Positions 20,283-30,207 of a DNA stretch of 64,000 nucleotides are shown one piece after another. Within the stretch, counting starts at the first letter, position 1. Each line of letters begins with the position of its first letter. The notes under the pieces are model-generated. The model ran no database searches. It was not told the DNA's origin and was given only the letters and a program-made list of their open reading frames with translations. The translations under genes and the position numbers were made by a program. The stretch is from NCBI GenBank assembly GCA_041166085.1, contig JBEEFP010000056.1, forward strand, positions 48,449 through 112,448, written 5' to 3'. Source of the stretch: Actinomycetota bacterium. GTDB lineage: Bacteria; Actinomycetota; Acidimicrobiia; Acidimicrobiales; JAFATL01.

Positions 20283-21746
20283 GTGGCAGACCACGAGGAC
20301 ACCTTCGAACCGGCGACTCTCGGGGCCACGCCGTCCTCGGCCGACGCCATCGAGGAGCCGAGCCCGACGCCTGCGTCGACCCCGAGGCGACGCGTGTCGC
20401 CGTGGCCCATGTGGGCGCTCGGCCTCGTGATCATGGTCGACCAGGTCGACCAGAACATCGTCCGGGGGCTCGTCACGCCGCTCAAGGCCGACCTGGGCAT
20501 CTCTGACTTCCAGATCGGCATGTTGCTGTCGTCGTTCGTGCTCGTCAACGGGCTCATCACCGTGCCCGCCGGCTACTTGGCCGACCGATGGAACCGCAGC
20601 CGCACCATCGGCCACACCGTCATGGCGTGGTCGGGGATCACCGCCCTGTCCGGGCTGTTCCGCAACTTCGGGTGGCTGCTGGGCGTGCGCTCGGCCCTGG
20701 GCTTCGGCCAGGCCATCACCGAGCCGGCCTGCGCCAGCCTCATCGCCGACTACTACCCGGCCGAGGAACGAGGCCGGGCCTTCTCGATCCAGCAGTGCCT
20801 CCTCTTCGTCGGCGTGGGTCTCGGCGTCGGCGTGGGTGGCGGTGTCGGCAACTCGCTCGGGTGGCGATGGGCCTTCCTGATCGTCGCCCTTCCCGGGTTC
20901 GCGGTCGCCCTGCTCGCCTACCGGCTGAAGGAGCCCAAGCGCGGGCACGCCGACCGCCTGCACCTCGGGCTCGACGACGACGGCGAAGACGACGTCGAGG
21001 TCGACCACGGCATGTTCGAGGGGGGCTTCCGAGCCTTCGTGCGCGACATGATCGTCGGGCTGCGCGCCGACCTGCGCACGATCTGGGCGATCACGACGAT
21101 GCGGTACGCCCTCATCGGTGTGTCGTCCCTCCTGTTCACCATCACCGCGGTCGCCGCCGGCCTACCGCAGTTCTACGAGCGCCAGCTCGGCGTGAAGGCG
21201 GGCCAGGCCGAGGGACTGTTCGCGCTTCTCGTCATCCTCGGCGGCGTGCCGGGCGTGCTCATCGGCGGACGCGTCGCCGACAAGTACGCCACACGGATCC
21301 GCGGCGCCCGCATGGCCATCCCCGCCTACTGCATCCTCGTGGGCACCGGTCTGTTCACCCTGTCGTACCTGTGGGTGCCGCTGGCGGTCGCCATCCCGCT
21401 CGAGCTGTTCGGCTTCTTCATCATCACCATGTCGATCCCTGCGCTCCGCGCCGGCCTGTCGGACGCGGTCCCCGCCAACCTCCGGGGCGCCGGCTTCGGC
21501 GCGTTCAACCTCTGTTCCGTCCTCTTCGGTCAGGCCGCTGCGCCGCTCATCCTGTTCGGGATCTCAGGCGCCTTCGGCGACAACCTCCGCACCGCGCTGC
21601 TCGCCGTGTCTCCCCCCGTGTTCATCGGCGCCCTCATCCTGCTGAAGGCGCGTGATCACCTCGACGAGGACGCCGCGAAGATCTTCCAGGCCATCGTCAC
21701 CGCCATGCAGGAGCAGCAGGAGCGGGAGGCCAAGGAGAAGGGCTGA
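20283..21746 (+). CDS. MFS transporter (spinster-like)
   Basis: DQVDQNIV, GYLADRWNR, SLIADYYPAEERGRA, about 12 TMs. Confidence 0.9.
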   Translation: MADHEDTFEPATLGATPSSADAIEEPSPTPASTPRRRVSPWPMWALGLVIMVDQVDQNIVRGLVTPLKADLGISDFQIGMLLSSFVLVNGLITVPAGYLADRWNRSRTIGHTVMAWSGITALSGLFRNFGWLLGVRSALGFGQAITEPACASLIADYYPAEERGRAFSIQQCLLFVGVGLGVGVGGGVGNSLGWRWAFLIVALPGFAVALLAYRLKEPKRGHADRLHLGLDDDGEDDVEVDHGMFEGGFRAFVRDMIVGLRADLRTIWAITTMRYALIGVSSLLFTITAVAAGLPQFYERQLGVKAGQAEGLFALLVILGGVPGVLIGGRVADKYATRIRGARMAIPAYCILVGTGLFTLSYLWVPLAVAIPLELFGFFIITMSIPALRAGLSDAVPANLRGAGFGAFNLCSVLFGQAAAPLILFGISGAFGDNLRTALLAVSPPVFIGALILLKARDHLDEDAAKIFQAIVTAMQEQQEREAKEKG

Positions 21747-21752
21747 GCCCGT

Positions 21753-23195
21753 CTACGGCGCCGGGATCCCGTAACTGATCGAGAACCCGATGACGCCATT
21801 GCCGTAGAGGCTGCGCTCGGCGACGACTGGACCAGTGGCGTCGATGACCATCGGCGTCTGGGGGCGCTGCAGGTGATCGCCGATACGGAAGGCGGCGAAG
21901 CGCCCAGCGGCGAGGGTAACGTCCTGGAGCCCGTCGACGGCGAGCCGTTGACCCCCGGCCAGCACCGCGAACGACAGCCGCACGGGCGAGCGGCCCGGGT
22001 TGTGCACGACGATCCACTCGTCGACAGCGGGCGACACGCTCCCCGCGGCGAAGAACCACCGCTGGGACAGCCGACGCGCGCCCATGGTGTCGGCAAAGCC
22101 GGTGCGGGGCGCGGGCGAGACGGCGTCGATGGTGCGCTCGACCACCACCTCGGGGCCCGAGCGCCGGATCACGCTGAGCACGAACGGGTCCTCCTTGGGA
22201 ACGCGCGGCTCCTTGCTCTCCTCGAGGGTGATGCGCTCCCTCGCCGGCACGGTGAGCTGGAACGGTTCGGCCGCGCCCTTCTCGAGGGTGAGCTCGACGT
22301 CCACGTGCGCCTCGGCATCTCCGGGGTTGAAGATGGCCAGCCGTTCCGTGATGCCGCTGAGGACGTATCCGTCCGCAAACCGCCATTGGGAGGCGGCGGA
22401 CGGTGCCCCGAGCACCAGCGCCATGCCCTTGCGACCACCCCCGTCATGGAGCTGCAGCTTGGAGACCACCAGGCGACCGGTGCGGACAGTGACCGACGTG
22501 GCCAGGGTCTCGCGCCGGCGCACGAAGTCGCCCACGTTGACGGGGACGATGGTGCGGGCCGGCACGACCAGACCCTGCAGCTTGCGCGGCACGGCCCGGC
22601 CCTGATCGGTGGCGAAGGACATGTCGGCGATGGCGTTCTCGGGGAAGGGGTTGAAGAGGGCGAGCACCATGGTCGACTCACGCGTGGTCGAGCCATCGGC
22701 GAAGTACCAGTGCTCCGACGCCGCCGACGCGCAGGGGGACGCGCTCGATCCGAGCGGGCCGGCGACCTCCTGCTCGACCACCCCGGAGCCGCCGTCGATG
22801 TCGACGAGGGCGGCCGCGTACGTGGCCTTGGCCACGTCCTGCAGGCGCACGCTCTCCACCGAGTTGGGGCCGACCGTCACTCGGCGCGTGGCCCGAGGGC
22901 CATCGCTCGGGACCACGGTGACGACGACTTGGAGCCTCCCCGTCCCTGGGTTCCCCACGAGCACCGTCGCGTCTGCGGCTCCGCCGGACTGGGCCGTTCC
23001 GCCAGTGCAGTACCACGTCGAGGACAGCGCGCCCGGCTCGGGTGCGGTGGGCATGTCGACGACGGGCCCGGCCGTCACGCCCGACGAGCGAGCGCTGCGA
23101 TCGATCAGAGCCGCGGCGAGCAGCACGACGACCAACACGACGATCACGAAGCCCCGTCGAGGCGCGGCGGTGTCGTCGACCATCGGGTCGGTCAC
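21753..23195 (-). CDS. DUF5719 family exported protein
   Basis: GTG start overlapping GT2 stop; TM, STWYC, repeated WYFADG/WRFADG/WFFAAG + NP motifs; conserved position after the large GT2. Confidence 0.8.
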   Translation of the reverse strand: MTDPMVDDTAAPRRGFVIVVLVVVLLAAALIDRSARSSGVTAGPVVDMPTAPEPGALSSTWYCTGGTAQSGGAADATVLVGNPGTGRLQVVVTVVPSDGPRATRRVTVGPNSVESVRLQDVAKATYAAALVDIDGGSGVVEQEVAGPLGSSASPCASAASEHWYFADGSTTRESTMVLALFNPFPENAIADMSFATDQGRAVPRKLQGLVVPARTIVPVNVGDFVRRRETLATSVTVRTGRLVVSKLQLHDGGGRKGMALVLGAPSAASQWRFADGYVLSGITERLAIFNPGDAEAHVDVELTLEKGAAEPFQLTVPARERITLEESKEPRVPKEDPFVLSVIRRSGPEVVVERTIDAVSPAPRTGFADTMGARRLSQRWFFAAGSVSPAVDEWIVVHNPGRSPVRLSFAVLAGGQRLAVDGLQDVTLAAGRFAAFRIGDHLQRPQTPMVIDATGPVVAERSLYGNGVIGFSISYGIPAP

Positions 23196-26100
23196 ACCGA
23201 CCGCCTGCGCCGGCGCTGCTCGCGCAGCGCCCGAATGGCCGCGAGCCAAAGGGCGATCTCCACGACGATGGCGATGTAGCGCGCCGGCGAGGTGTGATAA
23301 CGCAGCGTCGCCTTGCCCCCCCGGCCGACCTCGAAGGCGTTGGCCCACCCGAAGGCGGTACGCCGGTCGGCGCGCCGCCCCGCCACAGTGAGCTGCCAAC
23401 CAGGCGAGCTCGCCTCAGACAGCAGGATGGGGTCGCCGTCGCCCAACGCGCCCGTGTAACGGAATGGGGAGTGCTCGGTGGGCAGCACGGGTTGCGATCC
23501 GGCGAGCTCGGCGGTGCGGGCCGCGTCGAGCCCCGTGCCGCGGCTGGCCTCGGTGGCTGCCGCGCTGATGCGGGCGCGGTGGGGCGACCAGGCCGCGTTC
23601 TCGTAGACGACGAGATCCTGGTCGCCCTGGAGCTCGCGCAGGTCGACCTGGAACCCGAGCGCGTTGGCCAGCTGCGGCACTGCAGACCGGCCGACCGACC
23701 CGACCGGCACCACGACGTAGCGCACCGCCATCGGCGCCAGCAGGTGCCCGAGCCGCGTCGTGCGCCGGCTGCGCGCCAAGTTGACGGCGTCGCCGATGAG
23801 GTTGGTGGCGCCGTCCGAGGAGCCGGGCCACAGCACGGTGGCGTCGGGCGGTCCGTCGCGCGACGTCCCGTAGGCGAGCCCCTCCCCGAGGCGCCAGCCC
23901 TGCAGCGGCAGGGCCTCCGGATCGCCGAGCCACAACACGCGGAACGTGCCCGACCGCTTCTGCGCCGGCATCCACGAGAGGAGACCGCCGACATCACGGT
24001 CGGGCAGCTGCCAGCGTCCGTCCACCGCCGCGCCGAGGACCGGGATCGCGGCGATGACGACTGCGACGGCCGCGACGACCGACGCGGCCTGGCGGACCCC
24101 GAACTGGAACCCCCGCAGGTCGACCTCGAAGGCGATGAGCCCGAGCGCCACCGCGAGGGCGAGGGCGGCCGCCGCGGGCGCCAGCATCACCTCGGCCGAC
24201 GGGAGCGGGATCGGCAACCAGTCGCGGCCGCCGGCCCACGCCACCACCCAACAGGTGACGGTGATCGTCCAGAGGCGGGCCGCCCAACTGAAGCGCCAGC
24301 CGCGGCCGATGAGCAGCACGAGGGTGGCGGCGGCGACGATGGCCCACCCGAACGGCGCCCCTCCGACGGGGCCTGTCTCGAAGCGCATCAGCGCGCCGAG
24401 GCCGAGCCCCCGCCCGGCCGGGAGGTCGATGCCGGTGAAGGTGGCCCAGTTGGCGCCGGGGAGCAGGAACTCGAGCGTCCATGGGAACAGGAGGGCCGCG
24501 GCCAACACCACGGCGCCGACGGCGGACACCAGGGCCCGCAGCGCCGCCCCCGTCGATCCCGCCAGCACCGAGCCGACCACCAGTCCGAGAGCGGTGAGGA
24601 GGGTGACGGGCGCGATCGCGGGCACGAGGGCGCCGACGAAAGCGAGCAGGACGCCGAGCGGAACGGCGTGGTCGGGCAGACGCCACCGCACCGCCTGGCC
24701 CGGCCGGGCCCACAGCGGGACGTGCACGCGGTCCTCGACGACATCGCGTGCGACCGGCGCCGACCAGTCGATCTCGGGACCGATGGGGTCGACCGGCAGC
24801 AACGGAGGAAGTCGCCGCACCGCTCTCGGGATCGGCGTGGGCTCGGGCTCGTAGCTCACCGGCACGTCGACGGGCGCCGGCTCCGGATCGAGCACGCGCC
24901 TCCCGAACGGCTCGAGCCCGGTGGCCCGCAGCAGGCGGCCCAGGACGAACGGCGCCGCCGCGTAGGCGAGCAGTCCGCCCCAACGGCCACGCGCCAGCGC
25001 GTCATACGGCAGCGGGTTGACGGCGTAGACGACACCGGCGAGCAGGCGGGCACGCGACGAGTCGAGGGGCCGGGCCAGGCGGGTGGCGCCCCAGATGCCC
25101 ATGGGGATGGCGCCGAGCACGAGCAGCTTCTGCAGCAACCCCATGCCGCCGAGCAGCACGGTGCCGGCCACGCCCAACAAGCCGAAGGCTGCGGGCGCCG
25201 AACCCTCGGAGCCGAGGCCGGTGGTGCGCCATCCGCTGACGAAGAGCCGCAGGAAGGTGGCGGGGCTGTCGGGGAACGGCAGGATCTCGCCGACGGTCGG
25301 CATCCGGCCGGTGAGCAGTGACCGGCTCCCGACCAGCAGCACCAAGCCCATGGCCGACCACACGATCAAGGGCAGGCGCATGTCGCGGAACGAGACACTC
25401 AGGTCGCGACCGGCGACAGTGAACAGCCGCGTCCGCTCGTCGCTGCCGATCTGGCCGCGGATGAACGCGCTGAAGCGCGCGCTCCCCCGCACCTGGAGGC
25501 GACGCACCTCGCCGTCGGACATGGCCCGGCTGCGGCGCACCACCTTGCGTCGTGCTCGCAGGTCCGAGAACCGGCGCAGGTTCCAGCCCCACGCGCCCGC
25601 GATGGCCGACGCGGTCTGGCGCCGGCCTGTCAGCAAGCCATAGACGATCTCGGCCACGTTCAGGACGATGAGCTGCGGCAGGATCCGCACGAGGTGCAGG
25701 AACCCGTAGTTCTTCAGCACCGCGCGGAGGCGATGGCGCAACTGCAGTGGGCGGATGGCATCGCGCACGCGCAGCGGGTCGGCCCGCCCCTCCGAGCGGG
25801 GCCCGCGCAGGCCCGACGTCAGCGCTTCGATGTGACGGACCCGGGCGGCGGGCGCCACGATGACGCGCGCGCCCGCGACCTGCGCACGCCAGCTCAGGTC
25901 GAGGTCCTCGCCGTAGAGCGACATCTCCGGATCGAAGCCGCCCAGGCTCGCGAAGAGGTCGGCCCGCACCAGGGTGCAACCGCCGGGCGCCCAGAACACA
26001 TCGCGCACCGAGTCGTGCTGCTCCTGGTCGAGCTCGCCCCGTTCGGTGAGGGGCGAAGGGACGCCGGTCTTGTCGGCGGACAGGCCCACCTGCAGCAGCC

Positions 26101-26509
26101 GCTCGGGCGCGTCCCAGTCGACGACCTTCGGCGAGACGATGCCGGCGTTGGACCGGAAGGCCTCCTCGACGAGGAGGCGCACCGCGTCCTCGTCCGGCGC
26201 CACGTCGTCGTGACAGAACAGGTAGTGGGAAGCGCCCTCGACCAGCTCGAGCACCTCGTTGCAGGCCTGGCCGAACCCCGCCTCGCCGGGCATCCGGCGC
26301 ACGTAGGCCTGGGGCAGCACCGCCGCGACCCGGGGCGTCGGGTCCTCGCTGCCGCCCGCGTCCACCACCAGTACCGAGAAGTTCGGGTAGTCCTGGCGCC
26401 CGAGGGCGCGGAGGGTCGCCTCCAGCCACGGACCGGGATCGCAGGTCACGACGACCGCCACCACCGGGGGGGCGACCGCGGGGGCGTCCGCCTGATCCGG
26501 TTCGGCCAT
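23192..26509 (-). CDS. Large GT2 glycosyltransferase with multi-TM C-terminal region
   Basis: VAVVVT, CHDD, GGCTLVR, GEDLDLSWR followed by many TMs; typical actinobacterial whiB-linked GT2. Confidence 0.9.
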   Translation of the reverse strand: MAEPDQADAPAVAPPVVAVVVTCDPGPWLEATLRALGRQDYPNFSVLVVDAGGSEDPTPRVAAVLPQAYVRRMPGEAGFGQACNEVLELVEGASHYLFCHDDVAPDEDAVRLLVEEAFRSNAGIVSPKVVDWDAPERLLQVGLSADKTGVPSPLTERGELDQEQHDSVRDVFWAPGGCTLVRADLFASLGGFDPEMSLYGEDLDLSWRAQVAGARVIVAPAARVRHIEALTSGLRGPRSEGRADPLRVRDAIRPLQLRHRLRAVLKNYGFLHLVRILPQLIVLNVAEIVYGLLTGRRQTASAIAGAWGWNLRRFSDLRARRKVVRRSRAMSDGEVRRLQVRGSARFSAFIRGQIGSDERTRLFTVAGRDLSVSFRDMRLPLIVWSAMGLVLLVGSRSLLTGRMPTVGEILPFPDSPATFLRLFVSGWRTTGLGSEGSAPAAFGLLGVAGTVLLGGMGLLQKLLVLGAIPMGIWGATRLARPLDSSRARLLAGVVYAVNPLPYDALARGRWGGLLAYAAAPFVLGRLLRATGLEPFGRRVLDPEPAPVDVPVSYEPEPTPIPRAVRRLPPLLPVDPIGPEIDWSAPVARDVVEDRVHVPLWARPGQAVRWRLPDHAVPLGVLLAFVGALVPAIAPVTLLTALGLVVGSVLAGSTGAALRALVSAVGAVVLAAALLFPWTLEFLLPGANWATFTGIDLPAGRGLGLGALMRFETGPVGGAPFGWAIVAAATLVLLIGRGWRFSWAARLWTITVTCWVVAWAGGRDWLPIPLPSAEVMLAPAAAALALAVALGLIAFEVDLRGFQFGVRQAASVVAAVAVVIAAIPVLGAAVDGRWQLPDRDVGGLLSWMPAQKRSGTFRVLWLGDPEALPLQGWRLGEGLAYGTSRDGPPDATVLWPGSSDGATNLIGDAVNLARSRRTTRLGHLLAPMAVRYVVVPVGSVGRSAVPQLANALGFQVDLRELQGDQDLVVYENAAWSPHRARISAAATEASRGTGLDAARTAELAGSQPVLPTEHSPFRYTGALGDGDPILLSEASSPGWQLTVAGRRADRRTAFGWANAFEVGRGGKATLRYHTSPARYIAIVVEIALWLAAIRALREQRRRRRSV

Positions 26510-26596
26510 ACAGTCGGGCGAGGCTAGTGCTCAGCAGGGGTGGTGCTCAGGCATGCCCGGGCCTCCACCGACCCACCGGAGCGCCTCCCCGAGTGC

Positions 26597-26625
26597 TTGC
26601 AACTGTTTATCTATGGGTATATACT
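26597..26625 (+). promoter_or_regulatory. sigmaA-like promoter
   Basis: TTGCAA-N17-TATACT in an AT-rich patch. Confidence 0.6.
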
Positions 26626-26657
26626 GGCTAGCAACCACGACCATTACAGGAGACCTC

Positions 26658-26981
26658 ATGGCCGACCTCCAGAAGACCGCCAAGGACGCCGCCTACGTCG
26701 TCATCGGCATCGGTGTCATCGGATGGCAGCGGGCCCAGGTGCGGCGCCGCGAGCTCGAGCAGCAGCTGCGGGACCCCCGCAACCAGCTCGAGAGCCAGGT
26801 GACCGAAGCGCGCGACCAGCTCCACAAGCTCGCCAAGGACATCGAGCAGCGTCTCGAGCCCGTCGTCGAGCAGCTCGAGGAGCGCCTGCCCGAGCAGGCC
26901 AAGGAGCTGGTGGGCCAGGCCCGCCAGGCCGCCAAGGACGCCCGCGAGCAGCTGCGGTCGCGCATCACCACCGCCGCGTAG
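26658..26981 (+). CDS. Small amphipathic/coiled-coil protein (phasin/HBHA/apolipoprotein-like)
   Basis: AGGAG RBS; MADLQKTAKDAAYVVIGIGVIGWQRAQVRRRELEQQL...; strong core codon bias. Confidence 0.75.
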   Translation: MADLQKTAKDAAYVVIGIGVIGWQRAQVRRRELEQQLRDPRNQLESQVTEARDQLHKLAKDIEQRLEPVVEQLEERLPEQAKELVGQARQAAKDAREQLRSRITTAA

Positions 26982-26998
26982 TCCGAACCTTTCCCCCC

Positions 26999-27048
26999 CG
27001 AACTCGCCCGGTTGAACAGTGCATCTGCTGTCCAACCGGGCGAGTTCG
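26999..27048. terminator. Long hairpin between convergent genes
   Basis: CGAACTCGCCCGGTTGAACAG...CTGTCCAACCGGGCGAGTTCG. Confidence 0.7.
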
Positions 27049-27051
27049 CGT

Positions 27052-27957
27052 CTAGGCGGTGGTCGCGACCCGCTGGCGCCACTCGGCGAGCACGTCGCGC
27101 AGGGTGTCGTCGAGAGGGATCTGCGGCTCCCAGCCCACCGCGTCGCGGATGCGCGACGGGTCGCCGAGCAGCACCGGCACGTCGACCGGGCGGACGAGGG
27201 CCGGGTCCGTCTCGAGCACGAGGTCGATACCCGCGAGGGCGAGCAGGCGGTGGGCCAGCTCCTCGATGGCGATGGCCCGCCCCGAGCACACGTTGTAGAC
27301 CTCGCCCGGCGTGCCGCCCTCCACCAGCAGCCGGTAGGCGCGCACCACGTCGCGCACGTCGGTGAAGTCGCGCCGCGGCGTGAGGTTGCCGACGGGCAGG
27401 ACCTTGGCGCCGTCGCGTTCGGCTTCGGCGATCCGCCTGGCCAGGTCGGACACGACGAAGGCGCCGGACTGCGACGGTCCCACGTGGTTGAAGGCGCGCA
27501 CCCGCACGACGGGGACGCCGTAGCCGAGGTGGGCCTGCAGGCCGAGGTACTCGGCGGCGACCTTGCTGGCCGCGTAGGGCGTCACCGGACGCACCGGCGT
27601 GTCCTCGCCGATGGGCCCTTGGTCCGGCGCCGCCCCGCCGTAGACCTCGGCCGAGCAGACGAGCAGCACGCGCGGGTGCGGCTCGACCCGGCGGGCCGCT
27701 TCGAGCAGGTGCAGGGTGCCGGTGGCGTTGACCTCGAAGGTGCGTGCGGGGTCGCGCCAGGAGTCCGACACGTTGGCCAGCGCGGCCAGGTGGTACACGG
27801 CGTCGGGACGGGCCTCGGTGACGGCGGCGGCCAGCGCGCCGGCGTCGGTGACGTCGACCTCGGGGCCGGGCGCGACGACCTCGTCGCCCTGGGATTCGAG
27901 ATGACGGATCAACCACTGCCCCACGAACCCGTGTCCGCCCGTGAGGAACGCCCGCAT
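27052..27957 (-). CDS. Extended SDR, RMD-like (GDP-4-keto-6-deoxymannose reductase / GDP-mannose dehydratase family)
   Basis: TGGHGFVG, YHLAA, SAEVYG, PYAASK, RAFNHVGP, VGNL..RRDFTDVRD. Confidence 0.8.
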   Translation of the reverse strand: MRAFLTGGHGFVGQWLIRHLESQGDEVVAPGPEVDVTDAGALAAAVTEARPDAVYHLAALANVSDSWRDPARTFEVNATGTLHLLEAARRVEPHPRVLLVCSAEVYGGAAPDQGPIGEDTPVRPVTPYAASKVAAEYLGLQAHLGYGVPVVRVRAFNHVGPSQSGAFVVSDLARRIAEAERDGAKVLPVGNLTPRRDFTDVRDVVRAYRLLVEGGTPGEVYNVCSGRAIAIEELAHRLLALAGIDLVLETDPALVRPVDVPVLLGDPSRIRDAVGWEPQIPLDDTLRDVLAEWRQRVATTA

Positions 27958-27967
27958 CGCGGTGAGG

Positions 27968-29104
27968 CTACCGGCGGCCGTCGAGGGCGGCCCGGTAGGC
28001 GGCTGCGTGTCCCGCGGCGGCCGCCTCCCACGTCGCGGTCGCCGCGCGCGCGAGGCCGCGGGCGCGCCGGGCCTGGAGGCCGGCGTCGCCCGTCAGCACC
28101 CGGTCCAGGGCGACGGCCAGCCCGGACCGGTCGCCCGGCGCCACCAGCAGGCCGGCGTCGCCCACCACCTCCTCCATCGCCGATCCGGTGGTCGTCACCA
28201 GCGGTGCGCCGCACGCCAACGCTTCGAGGGCGGTGAGGCCGAAGCCCTCCTCGAGGGACGGGTAGGCGACGGCGGCAGCGCCCCGCAACAGCGCGGGCAC
28301 GGCGGCGTCATCGACGAACCCCAGCGTCGTCACCCGCCGAGGGTGACGGGCGGCCGCAATGGCATCAGCGGCCGCCGCCCAGCCCCAGCCTCGCCCGCCC
28401 GCCAGCACGAGGGTCACCCCCGGGTGGTCACCGGCGATGTCGTCGAAGGCCCGCACCAACGTGGGGACGTCCTTTCGAGGCTCGATGGTGGCCGGGCCGA
28501 ACAGCACATACGGCGGGTGCACACCGAGGGCAGACAAGGCGGCGGCGTCCCCGCCCAGCGCCGGCTCCTCCGGCCGGAAGCGGCGATGGTCGACGCCGTG
28601 CCGCACCACGGAGACGGGGCCCGCTGGACGGAACCGTGCGAGGAAGAGGTCGGCGGTGCGTTGGCTCGGCACGACGATGGCGGCGGCGCGACGGGCAGCG
28701 GTCGCGATGGCGCGCCGGAAGAACGGCACCTTGGCGCGCTCGTGCCACTCGGGATGGTCGAAGAACGTCATGTCGTGCACGGTGACGACGCGCGGCAGCC
28801 GGGCCCGAACGGGCAGCGTGTAGTGCGGGCCGTGGTGCACGGCCACGCCCGCTCGCTCCAAGGCGCGCGGCAGCCCGAGCTGCTCCCACACAAGGCGCAC
28901 CGGTCGCGACGCGGGCGCAACCTCCCGCACGGTCGCGGGGCCGAGGCGAGCCCACCGGGCTCCGTCGCCCCGGCGTGCCAGCACGTGCATGGCCACGTCC
29001 TCCCGTTCCGCCAATGCCTCCAACACCTCGAGGGCGTAGCGCCCGGCCCCGCGCGCATCGACGGGGAACGGGGTCGCGTCGAAGGAGACATCGATCGCGG
29101 TCAT
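27968..29104 (-). CDS. GT4 glycosyltransferase
   Basis: GAGRY, VVTVHD, TIEPRKD, EEGFGLTALEA. Confidence 0.9.
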   Translation of the reverse strand: MTAIDVSFDATPFPVDARGAGRYALEVLEALAEREDVAMHVLARRGDGARWARLGPATVREVAPASRPVRLVWEQLGLPRALERAGVAVHHGPHYTLPVRARLPRVVTVHDMTFFDHPEWHERAKVPFFRRAIATAARRAAAIVVPSQRTADLFLARFRPAGPVSVVRHGVDHRRFRPEEPALGGDAAALSALGVHPPYVLFGPATIEPRKDVPTLVRAFDDIAGDHPGVTLVLAGGRGWGWAAAADAIAAARHPRRVTTLGFVDDAAVPALLRGAAAVAYPSLEEGFGLTALEALACGAPLVTTTGSAMEEVVGDAGLLVAPGDRSGLAVALDRVLTGDAGLQARRARGLARAATATWEAAAAGHAAAYRAALDGRR

Positions 29105-30120
29105 CGGGTTCCGCGGTACATCTGCCGCCACAGTCCGGCGTGGCGAGCGGCCGCCTTCTCCCAGGTGAGCTCGGCGACGTGGACCGCGCCCCGCGCGACG
29201 AGCTCGTCGCGCCGTGCGCCGTCCTTGGTGAGCCGCACGAGCCCGTCGGCGATGTCGCCCACGTCGGTCGGGTCCGCGATGAGGGCGGCCTCCCCGACGC
29301 TCGGAACCGGGCTGGCCAGCACGGGCGCACCGGCGTGCATGGCTTCCACGGCCGGCAACCCGTAACCCTCGTGCAGCGGCACGTAGGCCACGCCCGTCGC
29401 CCGCCGGTACAGCGCGGCCAGCACCGCGTCGTCCACCGCGCCCATCGGGATGACGCCGTCGCTCGGCACCAACCCCGGACCCCATCCTGCGGGTCCGACC
29501 AGGAGCAGCGGGCACGCCAGCTTTGCCCGCACCAACTCGTACGCCTCGACGAGGCGCGGGAGGTTCTTCCGGGGTTCCAACGTGCCGACACTCAGGACGA
29601 AACGGTCGCCAACCCCGAGCCTGGCGAGAAGCTCATCGCAGGCAGCGTCGTCCGGAGGCGGCAGGTGGTCACAGCCGTAGAGCGGGCCGTCGAGCGTCGT
29701 CACCCGCGACACGCCCTCGGAGCGGAGCCGGACCGCGAGCGTCGACGAGGAGGCGAGCAGCAGCGCACCGCTCGCGGCGGCGCGCGCCAGCGCCCGCTCG
29801 TGCCACGCGCGCGCCCGCGGAGGCGATTGGGTGTCGGGGTCCCGCCACTCGAGCCCGTGGACGGTGACCACCAAGTGGGCACGGGTAGGTGGGAACGCAA
29901 GCGAGGGCGCGTGGACGACATCGAAGCCCCGCCGCTCGCGCAAACGTCCGTGGTCCCACGCACGGGTGACGAGCTGCACCGGCAGTCGGCGCTGCAACAG
30001 CTCCACCCCGACGTCGTCCGCGGCCAGGCCGACCGACCCCTGGATCAGCCCTCGTATGTACGTCCCGATGCCCCCGGGGACGGGCCGACGCAAATGCTCG
30101 GTGACGAGGCCAACCTGCAT
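29101..30120 (-). CDS. GT4 glycosyltransferase
   Basis: GGIGTY, VGTLEPRKN, EGYGLPAVEAM. Confidence 0.9.
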   Translation of the reverse strand: MQVGLVTEHLRRPVPGGIGTYIRGLIQGSVGLAADDVGVELLQRRLPVQLVTRAWDHGRLRERRGFDVVHAPSLAFPPTRAHLVVTVHGLEWRDPDTQSPPRARAWHERALARAAASGALLLASSSTLAVRLRSEGVSRVTTLDGPLYGCDHLPPPDDAACDELLARLGVGDRFVLSVGTLEPRKNLPRLVEAYELVRAKLACPLLLVGPAGWGPGLVPSDGVIPMGAVDDAVLAALYRRATGVAYVPLHEGYGLPAVEAMHAGAPVLASPVPSVGEAALIADPTDVGDIADGLVRLTKDGARRDELVARGAVHVAELTWEKAAARHAGLWRQMYRGTR

Positions 30121-30207
30121 CAGTCGACGCCCGCGGACAGGTCGGCGATCACGTGCATCGCGGCTGGGATCTCTGCAGGACGGCGACGGTGGGAGAGCAG
30201 AGGTCAG

